A DNA stretch of 64,000 nucleotides, taken from an uncultured Candidatus Binatia bacterium (GTDB lineage: Bacteria > Desulfobacterota > Binatia > UBA9968 > CAXXLF01). Position numbers and translations under genes: made by a program. A model generated the notes under the pieces. The model did no database searches, was not told the DNA's origin, and was given only the letters and a program-made list of their open reading frames with translations. The stretch lies in assembly GCA_965218425.1 (NCBI GenBank), contig OZ244621.1, positions 2,656,001 to 2,720,000 of the forward strand, given 5' to 3'. Below, in pieces: positions 1-9,599 of the stretch (its first letter is position 1; each line of letters starts with the position of its first letter).

Positions 1-2
1 GT

Positions 3-863
3 GGAAGGATGAGCCTGGATATGGCGCGGACCACCAAAATCATGGGGGCGTTCGCCCGTACAGTGAAACTGAGTCCATCGGCCATTGCCTGGGGTATCAT
101 CCAGGTGGTCAACAGCAATATGGAGCGAGCCATACGGGTTGTATCTCTGGAGCGGGGGCTGGATCCTGGGGAGTTCACTTTGGTTGCCTTTGGAGGTGCG
201 GGTGGCCTTCATGCGGCGGACTTGGCGGAGGGACTCGGAATGTCTCACGTGGTAATTCCACTTCGGCCTGGCCTCCTGTCTGCTTGGGGCATGGCGGTTT
301 CCCCACTGGTGAAAGATTATTCGCTCTCCGTGCTGGAATCCAATGCCAACTTCGGGGAAATTGAAAAACAAATTTCCGCTTTAACTGCGCGTGGGCTCAG
401 GGAGATGGGTCGCGAAGGGTTGAAAAAGAAAGAAAGCAGAGTCTTTCTTTCAGTGGATATGCGCTATGCGGGTCAAGCCTATGAGATCAACCTTCCATGG
501 GATAGAGGTTTTGCTCGTCGGTTCCACCAGTTGCACGAAGCTCGCTTCGGTCATTGTGACCCCTCCAAGGAGGTGGAAGTAGTTACCTTAAGAGTGCGTA
601 TCCAGGGAAAAAAGGGAGTCAAAAAACCGCGCCCATTATCATTGAAACCGGGCAGCGGCAAACAGGCGTCTATCGGTCAGAGGAACGTTTATTTTGAAAA
701 GCGCTTGCTCCGTTGTTCCACCTATGAGAGAGAGCGGCTGAATCCCGCCGACTGCATTCGGGGTCCAGCCGTTATCCATGAGTTCAGTTCTACCGTGGTG
801 GTTCCGCCGGACTGGCAGGTGCGAGTGGACAAGTATTCTAACTTGGATCTCTTAAGAAACTGA
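3..863 (+). CDS. Hydantoinase A / 5-oxoprolinase family subunit, C-terminal part (5' end outside window)
   Basis: Motifs NSNMERAIRVVS, LVAFGGAGGLHA, GLLSAWG, DMRYAGQAYEI, GPAVIHEFSSTVVVPP. Confidence 0.9.
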   Translation, partial: GRMSLDMARTTKIMGAFARTVKLSPSAIAWGIIQVVNSNMERAIRVVSLERGLDPGEFTLVAFGGAGGLHAADLAEGLGMSHVVIPLRPGLLSAWGMAVSPLVKDYSLSVLESNANFGEIEKQISALTARGLREMGREGLKKKESRVFLSVDMRYAGQAYEINLPWDRGFARRFHQLHEARFGHCDPSKEVEVVTLRVRIQGKKGVKKPRPLSLKPGSGKQASIGQRNVYFEKRLLRCSTYERERLNPADCIRGPAVIHEFSSTVVVPPDWQVRVDKYSNLDLLRN

Positions 864-1263
864 ACCTGTCTTGTGAAACACGGGGTCCTTTTACACACAG
901 ACCCCATGTTGAAACGAAAGTCTCCATTCGAATCCGTCCATCTACCCCAAGAGAGTCCGGAGTGTCTGGATCCACTTTTCCCGTGACCGTTAAACCCTTG
1001 GCGGATTGGTACCGTTTCGGGGCGGAAACGGTCTTTGGGCCCATGATGCCGCCGGGACGTCCCGATTGATACCCTTCAGCTCTCAATAGCTGTTGGGCTT
1101 TGCGAACCTGTTGCCGACTTGGGGTAAATTCATTTTCCTTGGAGAAGATACCTTTCACCTTGGAGGCGGCAATTTTGGCGTCCTCTTTCAGACCACGAAA
1201 GGTGGAGCATCCTCCCAAGGCAAATACGAAAACAACCACGAAAAGAGCAACGAACCTGTTCAT
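838..1263 (-). CDS. Lipoprotein with entericidin-like N-terminus and a peptidoglycan-binding domain (possibly degenerate)
   Basis: Signal peptide with lipobox LGGC, then STFRGLKED; PG_binding_1-like QQLL..GY..G..GG.MGPKT..A..RYQ..KGL.VTG; GGAGG RBS. Confidence 0.65.
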   Translation of the reverse strand: MNRFVALFVVVFVFALGGCSTFRGLKEDAKIAASKVKGIFSKENEFTPSRQQVRKAQQLLRAEGYQSGRPGGIMGPKTVSAPKRYQSAKGLTVTGKVDPDTPDSLGVDGRIRMETFVSTWGLCVKGPRVSQDRFSFLRDPS

Positions 1264-1376
1264 TTTGTGCCTCCCCGATATCGATCCGGCCTTTGATCGG
1301 TTTTAGTTGCCAAAGTGGGGGCCGCCCCTTTACTGATGCCGTGGTTTTAACATTGGCGGACCTGCTTAGGATTCGA

Positions 1377-1392
1377 GGCAAGAAAAGTGCCT
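1377..1392 (-). promoter_or_regulatory. Possible sigma54 (-24/-12) promoter of the lipoprotein gene
   Basis: Minus strand AGGCACTTTTCTTGCC, GG-N10-GC spacing, about 115 nt upstream of the ATG. Confidence 0.4.
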
Positions 1393-1767
1393 TTAAAATA
1401 GCGTGAACCTATAAGCAAAAAATAGTCGCTGTTGTACCACCTTTGTCAGAACCCGCCCGGGCTCGGGTCACTCAAGATTGCGGGATTGTCTATCTCTGCC
1501 TTCGGATGATTCCCAAGCGTGCAGAATGGTTCACGAATGATACTCGCGGCTCAAATGTTAAGCTGTTGCGGTGAGTTGGGTTTGCGGTTCGTTCTGACGA
1601 GAAGAGTTTGATTTAAAAGCGGTTTTAATCTAGGGCCTGGCTCAGATTCTTTCCCTTGAAGTGTTCAGCAAAACAGCTTCACTCAGTTTATCGCGCCAAG
1701 TCATTGACGTCGCAAAGAAAAATATTTTTATGCTCTCCGAACTTGGCATGCTTTGCGGTTCGACCGA

Positions 1768-1799
1768 TTCGACAGGCTCACGGCCCTGAGGCTCTCGAA
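1768..1799. repeat. REP-like short palindrome
   Basis: TTCGAcaggCTCA-cggccc-TGAGgctcTCGAA imperfect hairpin downstream of senB; single copy in window. Confidence 0.4.
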
Positions 1800-1866
1800 G
1801 GACGCGAGTCATTTTTTCCCGGAATGCGCTATCCAAGATTCTGCTGAAAATTTCAAATACGTCGGG

Positions 1867-2823
1867 TTAGCTTTTGGACAGCTCGAGGAGAAGTCTCCTC
1901 CAGGATTCAGACTCGCCCTTGGGATCCACCAGGGGGGATAGACGGGTGCAGTGGTCTTTCAGTTGGCGGTAAAAGTATGGTTCATTTTCAGCTTTTTGCA
2001 GGAGGCGGGTCAGGGCACGAGTATCGCCAACCGGGAAGTATCCTGGGTAGTTCTCGCCAAGTGTCCCCATTAGGCCGGTAATTTTTGAAGCCAACACCGG
2101 TATCGATGAAGCAAGGGCCTCGGACAGGACATTGGAACTTCCTTCAATCTTGGAACTGAGTGACATCAGGTGACTGTGGGCCAATACTTGGCGTGTCTTC
2201 CAATGGGGCAGCTCTCCTACCCAGTGATAGCGAGGGTTGCGCTCAACTTCCTTCCGCGCCCGCTCTCCCATCTCATTGCTCAGTGCGCGTCCTACATGGG
2301 TGATCCGTACACGAGACGATACAGGAAGCTGGCGGGCGGCCATGGCCGTGCGAAAGGGGTCCTTCTCGGGGCGCAGGTGTCCAACCACACAGACTTTGAA
2401 GACCTTACTTGCATTGGAGGCCTTCCCATTGACTTTAGGGGCTGACTGATAAATCGCCCGGGTCTTGCTGTGAAGGCGCCGTGGGAGTTCCTCCATGGCC
2501 TTCCTTTGCAGAACGATGAGATGCGTGGCAAGTTCGAGGGATTCCTGGGCACGGGAGTCCTTGCGGATATCCCGGTAAAGATCGGTGCCCGTGAGTACTA
2601 CAATGAGTGGAAGATTGGGAAACTTTTCGCGATAATGGCAGATGGACTCATAACTGCGCAGGGCGTGCAGGGCAATTAGCAGGTCGCATGATCGGCCGTT
2701 ATAGTTTCGTTCGACACTAACACGGTGACCCAGCCGCTTTAAGATCCCTGCCCATCGAAGGGCTGTAATCTGGTTGCCGTTTCGGGCATGGGGTGGCGCC
2801 GGCGTAATGAGCTTGATTCTCAC
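1867..2823 (-). CDS. senB: Selenosugar synthase SenB-like glycosyltransferase (TIGR04348-type, GT-B)
   Basis: Family motifs ITPAP...GNQITALRW, LIALHA, VVLTGTDLYRD, LIVLQ, GHLRPEKDP, SKIEGSSNV, LGENYPGYFPVGD; GTG start with GAGG RBS. Confidence 0.85.
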   Translation of the reverse strand: MRIKLITPAPPHARNGNQITALRWAGILKRLGHRVSVERNYNGRSCDLLIALHALRSYESICHYREKFPNLPLIVVLTGTDLYRDIRKDSRAQESLELATHLIVLQRKAMEELPRRLHSKTRAIYQSAPKVNGKASNASKVFKVCVVGHLRPEKDPFRTAMAARQLPVSSRVRITHVGRALSNEMGERARKEVERNPRYHWVGELPHWKTRQVLAHSHLMSLSSKIEGSSNVLSEALASSIPVLASKITGLMGTLGENYPGYFPVGDTRALTRLLQKAENEPYFYRQLKDHCTRLSPLVDPKGESESWRRLLLELSKS

Positions 2824-2957
2824 ACTGGACCTCTGCTCTATGCAATTACGCGATCAGGCGCTCGGTTGGGGCTGGATACGGTCAATTGGTAAAACTCAAT
2901 GTTGCCCATCTGGCTCTTCCCGAAGGTTCAATTTTTGCGAATGTACGACACTTGCCC

Positions 2958-4166
2958 TCAAGTATCAAGTTCAAGATTGATTTTCATCATCTCCAACCAT
3001 GGGTGAAATTCTTCAAACCAAGGTTCCCGTTGATTTTCCAAGAGAAATCGATAGGCCCCTCCAAGGTCGGCTCGTTTTTTTTGCGTAAGGGCCAGGGGTT
3101 TTTCCTTGTCCTTTGAACCGTTGACCTGCTCACAAAATCTGCGAATAACCCGCCAGTGAGGTAATGCCGTTGAACCGAGTCGCTCCGTAACCGCAACTTC
3201 CCAACTCGATTCGGGATCATATCGGACCGGGTTGGAGGCATAGTCGAAACAGGTGGCAAGGGGAATGAAGCTAAGATTTTCCTGCAATAAAGGGTTATTC
3301 AGATAACCATATACCAGTTCCGGCAACCGGGGGTCTCGGCTTTTTAGGGGACCCAAATGCATTTCCATGCTCATGGTGAGGTCGTTCACGGGATAGTTGT
3401 CCCAAAGAATGAGGCGGCGGTGGAGGGCTTTCTTTACTTTTCTCGCATGGGCCAAGGTGATGGACTTTGAGACCACCGCCGGGCCAGTCCAGAAGCAGCA
3501 TACCGATTCGGGCAGATGCTCATCCAGGGTCTCAAGGAATGAGGGCTCAAAGGCCCCAAAGGTTCGAGCAAGAAAGGGATCTTCCGTGTAGTAGGAAGGG
3601 CAGATCCACCATTCCACTTCGTTCCAGAACTTCGATTGTCGGTTCAATATTGTTTTTAGCCACAGACCTTCGGCCTTTGCCAAGCTCCCGTCGAATAGTT
3701 TTTTGTCTTGGGGAAATTCCAACTGGGAGGGGATATCATCGAACAGGACAGCGAAGGTCCGTACACCGGCCTCGTACAGGCCCTTGGCTTTGGCAAGCAG
3801 CCAGTCCACGGGTTCGGCTGCGCCAAAGTGGAGTCCCTTTCCTGGATGAAACCCGTAGACGAAATCCACATCATGCTTGGTGGCTTCACCAATGAGTTGT
3901 AACAAATCCTGCCATTGCTGCTCTGGGTAGGGTTTTTCCCAGTGTTCCCTGTGATAGGGGTCATCTTTTGGGGCGTACAGGTAGGTATTCATTCTCCTTC
4001 TCTGTCCGAACTCGAAAATCGCGGCCCGATGGGACATACTCCAGGGGGGACCGAAAAATCCCTCAACAATGCCACGACGCTGAAAAGTCTGATCCGCAGG
4101 CATAGGATGAGTCAAAAGATATTTTGATTGTTTGTCAAGCATGGGGCCCCGTTGACCCATGGTCAA
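2958..4166 (-). CDS. GH84 beta-N-acetylglucosaminidase (O-GlcNAcase-like), cytoplasmic; true start may be ATG 4103
   Basis: GIVEGFFGPPWS, YLYAPKDDPYHR, FAVLFDDI (catalytic Asp-Asp), WTG, LWDNYPVND; no signal peptide. Confidence 0.9.
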   Translation of the reverse strand: MTMGQRGPMLDKQSKYLLTHPMPADQTFQRRGIVEGFFGPPWSMSHRAAIFEFGQRRRMNTYLYAPKDDPYHREHWEKPYPEQQWQDLLQLIGEATKHDVDFVYGFHPGKGLHFGAAEPVDWLLAKAKGLYEAGVRTFAVLFDDIPSQLEFPQDKKLFDGSLAKAEGLWLKTILNRQSKFWNEVEWWICPSYYTEDPFLARTFGAFEPSFLETLDEHLPESVCCFWTGPAVVSKSITLAHARKVKKALHRRLILWDNYPVNDLTMSMEMHLGPLKSRDPRLPELVYGYLNNPLLQENLSFIPLATCFDYASNPVRYDPESSWEVAVTERLGSTALPHWRVIRRFCEQVNGSKDKEKPLALTQKKRADLGGAYRFLLENQREPWFEEFHPWLEMMKINLELDT

Positions 4167-4243
4167 ATTTGGGGTTTGGTTAGTTCGGGTCGTTTTTTCT
4201 GACGGTGAAAATATTGTTTTTGCATGGGAGCGCTGCGAAATAT

Positions 4244-5059
4244 ATGGATACGCCTAAAGCAATCTTTAAAAGCCCAAAATTCCTCCAGGCCATTGCTGTT
4301 ATATTCGTAAGCTATGCCGTGGTCTATGCTCAAGGGCCTAGCACGGCCATGATCACCATTCCCGCGGGGCCGTTTATAATGGGAAGCGATAGAGGTCCTG
4401 AGGACGAAAGGCCCGCGCACGCTGTAGAGCTCCCGAGTTTTGCCATTGACCGCACTCCGGTGACCAACGCTCGGTTTGCCGTGTTTTTGGACGTGGCGGG
4501 TCCGGAGAGTCCCGAGGGAAGACGCTTCTATGATGTTGACGATAATGACGCGCGCATCCACCGGATGGATGGAAGGTGGCAAGCCGATGATGGTTTTGCA
4601 GATCATCCGGTGATGGAAGTTTCCTGGTTCGGTGCAACAAGCTACTGCGGTTGGGCAGGTAAGCGCCTGCCCACGGAAGCGGAATGGGAGAAGGCAGCCA
4701 GGGGAACCGATGGTCGCAGGTTCCCTTGGGGAAACATCCCTCCAGATTCCAGCAGGGCTCAGTTCGATGCGGGATGGAATGAATCCGCTCCTGTGGATGG
4801 TTTTCCAGCTGGGGCGAGTCCCTACGGAGTTTTGGATCTTTCAGGGAATGCCTGGGAGTGGGTTAGCAGCGCCTATCTTCCCTATCCTTATAACCCGTCA
4901 GATGGCCGCGAAGATTTACGGGCGGGTCCAGTTCGTGGCACACGAGGGGGAGGCCACGATTCGCCGGCTGAGGAGTTGACCACAACCCATCGGGGTGAGA
5001 ACCTTTCGCGTAACTATCGAGGGGGACACCATAACATTGGGTTTCGTTGTGCAAGGTAG
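4244..5059 (+). CDS. FGE-sulfatase (SUMF1/EgtB/PvdO) domain protein, probably exported
   Basis: FIMGS, PVTNARF, HPVMEVSW, RLPTEAEWEKAARG, DLSGNAWEW, IGFRCA; N-terminal hydrophobic segment ending VYA; no DinB domain. Confidence 0.85.
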   Translation: MDTPKAIFKSPKFLQAIAVIFVSYAVVYAQGPSTAMITIPAGPFIMGSDRGPEDERPAHAVELPSFAIDRTPVTNARFAVFLDVAGPESPEGRRFYDVDDNDARIHRMDGRWQADDGFADHPVMEVSWFGATSYCGWAGKRLPTEAEWEKAARGTDGRRFPWGNIPPDSSRAQFDAGWNESAPVDGFPAGASPYGVLDLSGNAWEWVSSAYLPYPYNPSDGREDLRAGPVRGTRGGGHDSPAEELTTTHRGENLSRNYRGGHHNIGFRCAR

Positions 5060-5122
5060 TTTCCCCCTTCCTGCAGGTTTGTATGGTGCATTCGTGAAGG
5101 TGGACGAAACCCACGGCGAGCT

Positions 5123-6442
5123 ATGATAAAATTTTCAATGGTGCGCATAATACTACCAATGATTGAGCATCGAAGCATAACCCGGGTGCTAAATTACCAG
5201 TGGACCGTGGGCCTATTTTGCTTGCCGCTGGTCATTCTCTCAGCGATTCGCATACCAGCACAGCCATTTCCAACTCCCGTGGAGGTTGCCCCTGTGGTGA
5301 CCCAAACGGTGGAGGAAGAGGTCTCCTTCATCGCAACCCTCGAGCCCAATATTACCACCACGGCGGGTGCTGTGGTTTCAGGACGAGTTATCAGAGCTGA
5401 GGTGCGGGAGGGGGATCGAGTGGAGAGGGGAAAAACCCTCCTCATGCAAATCGACCGTACCTCCAGAGAGATCGCGCTCAGGGAAGCGGAGGCGTCAGTG
5501 ACCAAGAATCGTGAAAAATGGCAGCGCTTGCGACGTGGCTATCGCCTGGAAGAAGTGGCACAGCGACGGGCCGAATCGGAGGAGCAAAAAGCCATCCTTT
5601 CTCGCACGGAGCAGGACTTCAAAAGGGGGGAGCGCCTTTACCGCGACGAGCTTGTTAGCCTCGCTGAACTTGAGCGTCTTCAAAGCGAGTACCTTGCAGC
5701 CAAGGAGAAGCATGGACGAACCCTGGCGGCCCTTCGGATGGCTGAAGCCGGCCCGAGGCGTGAAGAGATCGCGGAAGCAGAGGCCGAACTCAGGGAGGCT
5801 CAAGCCAGATACGACCTGATCGCCTATGAGCTCGACCGTACGACTCTACGTGCCCCACTCACAGGTTTTCTGGTTAGAAAATATGTAGAGGTGGGCACCT
5901 GGGTAAGCACGGGTGATCCCATTGCCGACCTGGTGGACTTGAATCCCGTTTATGCCAGCGGGCCGGTGGGAGAGCGCAAGATTAGCCTTCTCCAAAAGGG
6001 CCTTACTGCAACAGTGGCGGTGGATGCCCTTGCGGGACAGAGCTTTGAAGGAATGGTGACCCAGATCGTTCCCCGTGCGGATCCACGAAGCCGAACCTTT
6101 CCTGTGAAGGTCCGCATTTCCAATGAGAATGGACGGTTGAAGAGCGGCATGCTGGCACGAGTTACGGTGAAAGTGGGCAATGGACGTTCCGGCCTGCTGG
6201 TACCAAAAGATGCCCTAGTTCGTAGAGGGGTGGATGAAGTTGTATTTGTGGTGGAAGACGGGGTGGCGAGACAGGTAAAAGTGAAAACGGGGCGCGCCGT
6301 TCAACAATTGATGGAGATACACGACAGCGATCTTAAACCCGACCAGGAAGTGGTGGTCATCGGCAATGAATCACTTACCGGCGGGGCTAAGATTCGAAAG
6401 ATAGACCGAAAAGAACCAGGTCGAGCACCAAGGACTCAATGA
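5123..6442 (+). CDS. RND efflux periplasmic adaptor (membrane fusion protein); start uncertain
   Basis: Lipoyl-like VREGDRV and LRAPLTG segments, long coiled coil, SRTFPVKV, LKSGM; overlaps the permease start (ATGA). Confidence 0.9.
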   Translation: MIKFSMVRIILPMIEHRSITRVLNYQWTVGLFCLPLVILSAIRIPAQPFPTPVEVAPVVTQTVEEEVSFIATLEPNITTTAGAVVSGRVIRAEVREGDRVERGKTLLMQIDRTSREIALREAEASVTKNREKWQRLRRGYRLEEVAQRRAESEEQKAILSRTEQDFKRGERLYRDELVSLAELERLQSEYLAAKEKHGRTLAALRMAEAGPRREEIAEAEAELREAQARYDLIAYELDRTTLRAPLTGFLVRKYVEVGTWVSTGDPIADLVDLNPVYASGPVGERKISLLQKGLTATVAVDALAGQSFEGMVTQIVPRADPRSRTFPVKVRISNENGRLKSGMLARVTVKVGNGRSGLLVPKDALVRRGVDEVVFVVEDGVARQVKVKTGRAVQQLMEIHDSDLKPDQEVVVIGNESLTGGAKIRKIDRKEPGRAPRTQ

Positions 6443-9400
6443 AGCTCATCGATTTCTGCATTCGCTACCCCGTGACGGTGATGGTTGGGGTCTTGCTGTG
6501 TCTCCTTTTCGGAGTCATAGGGCTATCACGCCTGCCTGTTCAGCTAATTCCTGCGGTGGATCGTCCTGAGATCACAGTTGAGACAGAGTATCGCGGGGCC
6601 GCACCCCTGGAGGTGGAACGAGAGATCACCGATCGCATGGAGGAGAAGCTCAACGCCGTTGAGGGTCTCAAGGAGATGTCCTCCGTTTCCATCGAGGGCA
6701 AGTCCACTGTGATCCTGAAATTTGATTGGGGGACCAACAAGGACATTGCCCGGCTGGGGGTCTCCGAAAAACTTGACCTGGTTACAGAATTGCCTCCAGA
6801 TGCAGAGGAATCGCAGGTCCGCGCGGTCAACACCGATGAAGAAAGTCCCATCGCCTGGATTATTGTCGAAACCACTCGTGACCTCAACGAGGTGTGGGAG
6901 GAAGTGAAAGACATTATCGTCCCACGGATTGAGCGGGTCAGCGGTGTGGGTGCGGTTTGGCGATTTGGAGGGCAGGATCGCGAGGTCCATGTGACCCTGG
7001 ACCCCCGGGCAATGGCTGCAAGGGAGGTCACCATCGGTGAGGTACGCCAGGCGATCCTGAGGGAGAACAGGAATATTAAGGGTGGTGATCTGAGTGAAGG
7101 GAAGAGCCGCCATATGGTTCGCACCCTGGGTCAGTTCACTGATATCTCCCAGATCGGCGGTGTCATCGTGCGTCAAGACCGGAACCGGCCGGTCTATATC
7201 CGGGATATCGCCACTGTGACCTTTGGCAATGAGGACCGGGATTTCGCAGTGCGCATCAACGGCCGGCCGGCCATCGGCATGGGAGTACTTCGCCGCTCAG
7301 GGGCCAACACCGTGGAGGTCATGAAGGGGCTCAAAGCAGAGCTCAACTATCTTGCTGAAGGTATATATAAGGGCAAAGGGATTCATCTTCGCATGGTGTA
7401 TGACGAGACGGAGTATATCAACGACTCTCTGGATCTCGTAATCAACAACATCTATTACGCTGCCCTTCTGGCGGTTGTGGTTCTCCTCCTATTCCTCCGC
7501 AGTTTCTCGAGCATCCTCGTCATTTCTGTGGCAATACCGGTTTCCGTAGTCACCACATTCGTATTTCTGAGCGGTCTCGACCGTACGCTTAACATCATCA
7601 CCCTTGCCGGCTTGGCGTTTGCCACGGGCATGGTGGTGGACAACGCCGTCGTGGTATTGGAGAACATCTTCCGCCATCGTGAAATGGGCAAGGACCGATT
7701 CCAGGCGGCCTTTGACGGTGCAAAGGAAGTCTGGGGGGCCGTGTTGGCCTCCACGTTGACCACAGTGGCGGTCTTCGTCCCCGTCCTGTTCGTGCGCCAG
7801 GAGGCCGGTCAGCTTTTCCGTGATATTGCCATTGCCGTCTCCGTTGCCGTGGCGCTGTCGTTGGTAGCCGCCCTCACCGTGGTCCCCATGCTCTGCGCAC
7901 GGGTCCTCTCGGCGCGCGCGCGTTTTCCCATAGCACCGATCCAGCGCATGTTTGATCTGTTGGACCGGGTAGGCGGAGTTTTCAGTGCTGGCATTGTGGG
8001 TCTCCTTGCCTGGCTCCATCATAGCTTTTTACGACGCGTGACAGTGATCTGGGTCATCGTCCTCGGATCTCTCACCGTGGCCTACCTGTTCGCGCCGCCC
8101 CTGGACTACCTGCCGAAGGGGAATCGCAATCTGATCTTTGTCGTGGTGAACACGCCCCCTGGCTTCAGCGTGGGACAAAAAGAAGAGATTATTACGACTT
8201 TGGAATCGCGCTTTCTCGGCATACCAGAGGTTGCCCGGCTCTTTGCAGTGGTGCGGATCGAGGACCCCATCATGGGGGCCATCGTCAAGCGGGAGGATGC
8301 CGACCTGAAGGGGATGCGTCGTGTTGTCGATGAAATGCGGCGCCGTGCCCAGGGAATCCCTGGCACCCAGGGCGTCTTCATTACCCAGTCTTCACTATTT
8401 AGGCAGCGCAGGGCGTTCTTTGGTGGTACCAACATAGATCTGGATGTGCGTGGAGATGAACTGGGGGTCATCCGAAACATTGCCGAAAGGCTACGTGAGC
8501 AAGTCGCAGGCGTCCGGGCGGTGAACTTTGTCAGCTCGACCTTCGAATGGGGAAATCCAGAGATTCAAGTGGTGGTGGACCGTGAACGGGTGGCTGCCCT
8601 TGGGCTCGGTGTCACCGAAATTGGTGAAGTGGTTGAGACCATGGTGGAGGGGACGTTGGCAGGGGATTATCGTGAAGGGGGTAAGGAGATCGACATCGTT
8701 CTCAAAGGGCCGGACCTCGAGCTAACCCGGACCCAAGACCTGGGTCAAGTGGTTTTATCGGACCGCTCGGGACGGTTAGTTCAACTTTCAGACATCGCAG
8801 CCATCAAACCGGGAACCGGACCCACAAAGGTCGATCATGTGGACATGGACCGAGCCATTAAGCTTACGGTCAATATAAGTGAGGGTATTCCACTGGAGCG
8901 AGCGGTAGGCCTCATCGAAGGGGCCGCGGTGGGCCGGGCACGGCAGGCGCTTCCCCTGGGCTATTCCATCGACGTCAGCGGTCAGGCCCGCAGCCTCGCT
9001 GAAGCTTGGAATTCCCTAAGGTGGTCCTTTCTCTTGGCCATCATCGTTATCTACCTTCTCATGTGTTCGCTCTTTGAGTCCTGGAGCCTACCCTTCATTA
9101 TTATGTTCAGTGTACCCCTGGCCATGACCGGCGGTATTGTTGCGGTGAGCCTCGCCCATGCCACCGAGCCGAGCATCAAGATGGACACAGTGACAATGCT
9201 GGGGTTCATCATCCTGGCTGGCATCGTGGTCAACAATGCCATTCTGATCGTGCACCAGACCCTGAATTTCATGGGAGAGGGTGCCCCTAGGCAGGAGGCT
9301 TTACTGAAAAGCGTAAGGAGCCGGATCCGACCCATCTTCATGACTAGCACAACGACGATATTTGCCATGCTACCCTTGGTGGTTTCCCGGGGAGCAGGTT

Positions 9401-9597
9401 CGGAGCTCTACCGGGGTTTGGGCTCGGCGGTGCTGGGAGGGTTGGCCTTCTCCACGCTGTTCACCCTGATCCTGATCCCGACCCTTTACTCCTTGTGGCT
9501 TGACATTCGGTTTCCCGCACGACAAAAGGTTCCTCAAACGGTTCCTGAACAGGAAGGCAAGTCCGCCGTGGCCCCAGGGGTCGCAGGAGGAGAATAG
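6439..9597 (+). CDS. RND efflux permease, AcrB/AcrD/AcrF family
   Basis: 1052 aa; GMVVDNAVVVLENI, GIVVNNAILI, RIRPIFMT. Confidence 0.95.
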   Translation: MKLIDFCIRYPVTVMVGVLLCLLFGVIGLSRLPVQLIPAVDRPEITVETEYRGAAPLEVEREITDRMEEKLNAVEGLKEMSSVSIEGKSTVILKFDWGTNKDIARLGVSEKLDLVTELPPDAEESQVRAVNTDEESPIAWIIVETTRDLNEVWEEVKDIIVPRIERVSGVGAVWRFGGQDREVHVTLDPRAMAAREVTIGEVRQAILRENRNIKGGDLSEGKSRHMVRTLGQFTDISQIGGVIVRQDRNRPVYIRDIATVTFGNEDRDFAVRINGRPAIGMGVLRRSGANTVEVMKGLKAELNYLAEGIYKGKGIHLRMVYDETEYINDSLDLVINNIYYAALLAVVVLLLFLRSFSSILVISVAIPVSVVTTFVFLSGLDRTLNIITLAGLAFATGMVVDNAVVVLENIFRHREMGKDRFQAAFDGAKEVWGAVLASTLTTVAVFVPVLFVRQEAGQLFRDIAIAVSVAVALSLVAALTVVPMLCARVLSARARFPIAPIQRMFDLLDRVGGVFSAGIVGLLAWLHHSFLRRVTVIWVIVLGSLTVAYLFAPPLDYLPKGNRNLIFVVVNTPPGFSVGQKEEIITTLESRFLGIPEVARLFAVVRIEDPIMGAIVKREDADLKGMRRVVDEMRRRAQGIPGTQGVFITQSSLFRQRRAFFGGTNIDLDVRGDELGVIRNIAERLREQVAGVRAVNFVSSTFEWGNPEIQVVVDRERVAALGLGVTEIGEVVETMVEGTLAGDYREGGKEIDIVLKGPDLELTRTQDLGQVVLSDRSGRLVQLSDIAAIKPGTGPTKVDHVDMDRAIKLTVNISEGIPLERAVGLIEGAAVGRARQALPLGYSIDVSGQARSLAEAWNSLRWSFLLAIIVIYLLMCSLFESWSLPFIIMFSVPLAMTGGIVAVSLAHATEPSIKMDTVTMLGFIILAGIVVNNAILIVHQTLNFMGEGAPRQEALLKSVRSRIRPIFMTSTTTIFAMLPLVVSRGAGSELYRGLGSAVLGGLAFSTLFTLILIPTLYSLWLDIRFPARQKVPQTVPEQEGKSAVAPGVAGGE

Positions 9598-9599
9598 TT

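Noticed and set aside
1867..4166. Selenocysteine read-through near senB
   Set aside because: The GH84 TGA is followed by another stop within 10 codons, and senB ends in TAA. No Sec candidate was noticed, though the window was not searched exhaustively.
4244..5059. Calling the FGE-domain gene senA/egtB or a true formylglycine-generating enzyme
   Set aside because: It lacks the DinB HxxxH domain and the catalytic Cys pair of FGE.
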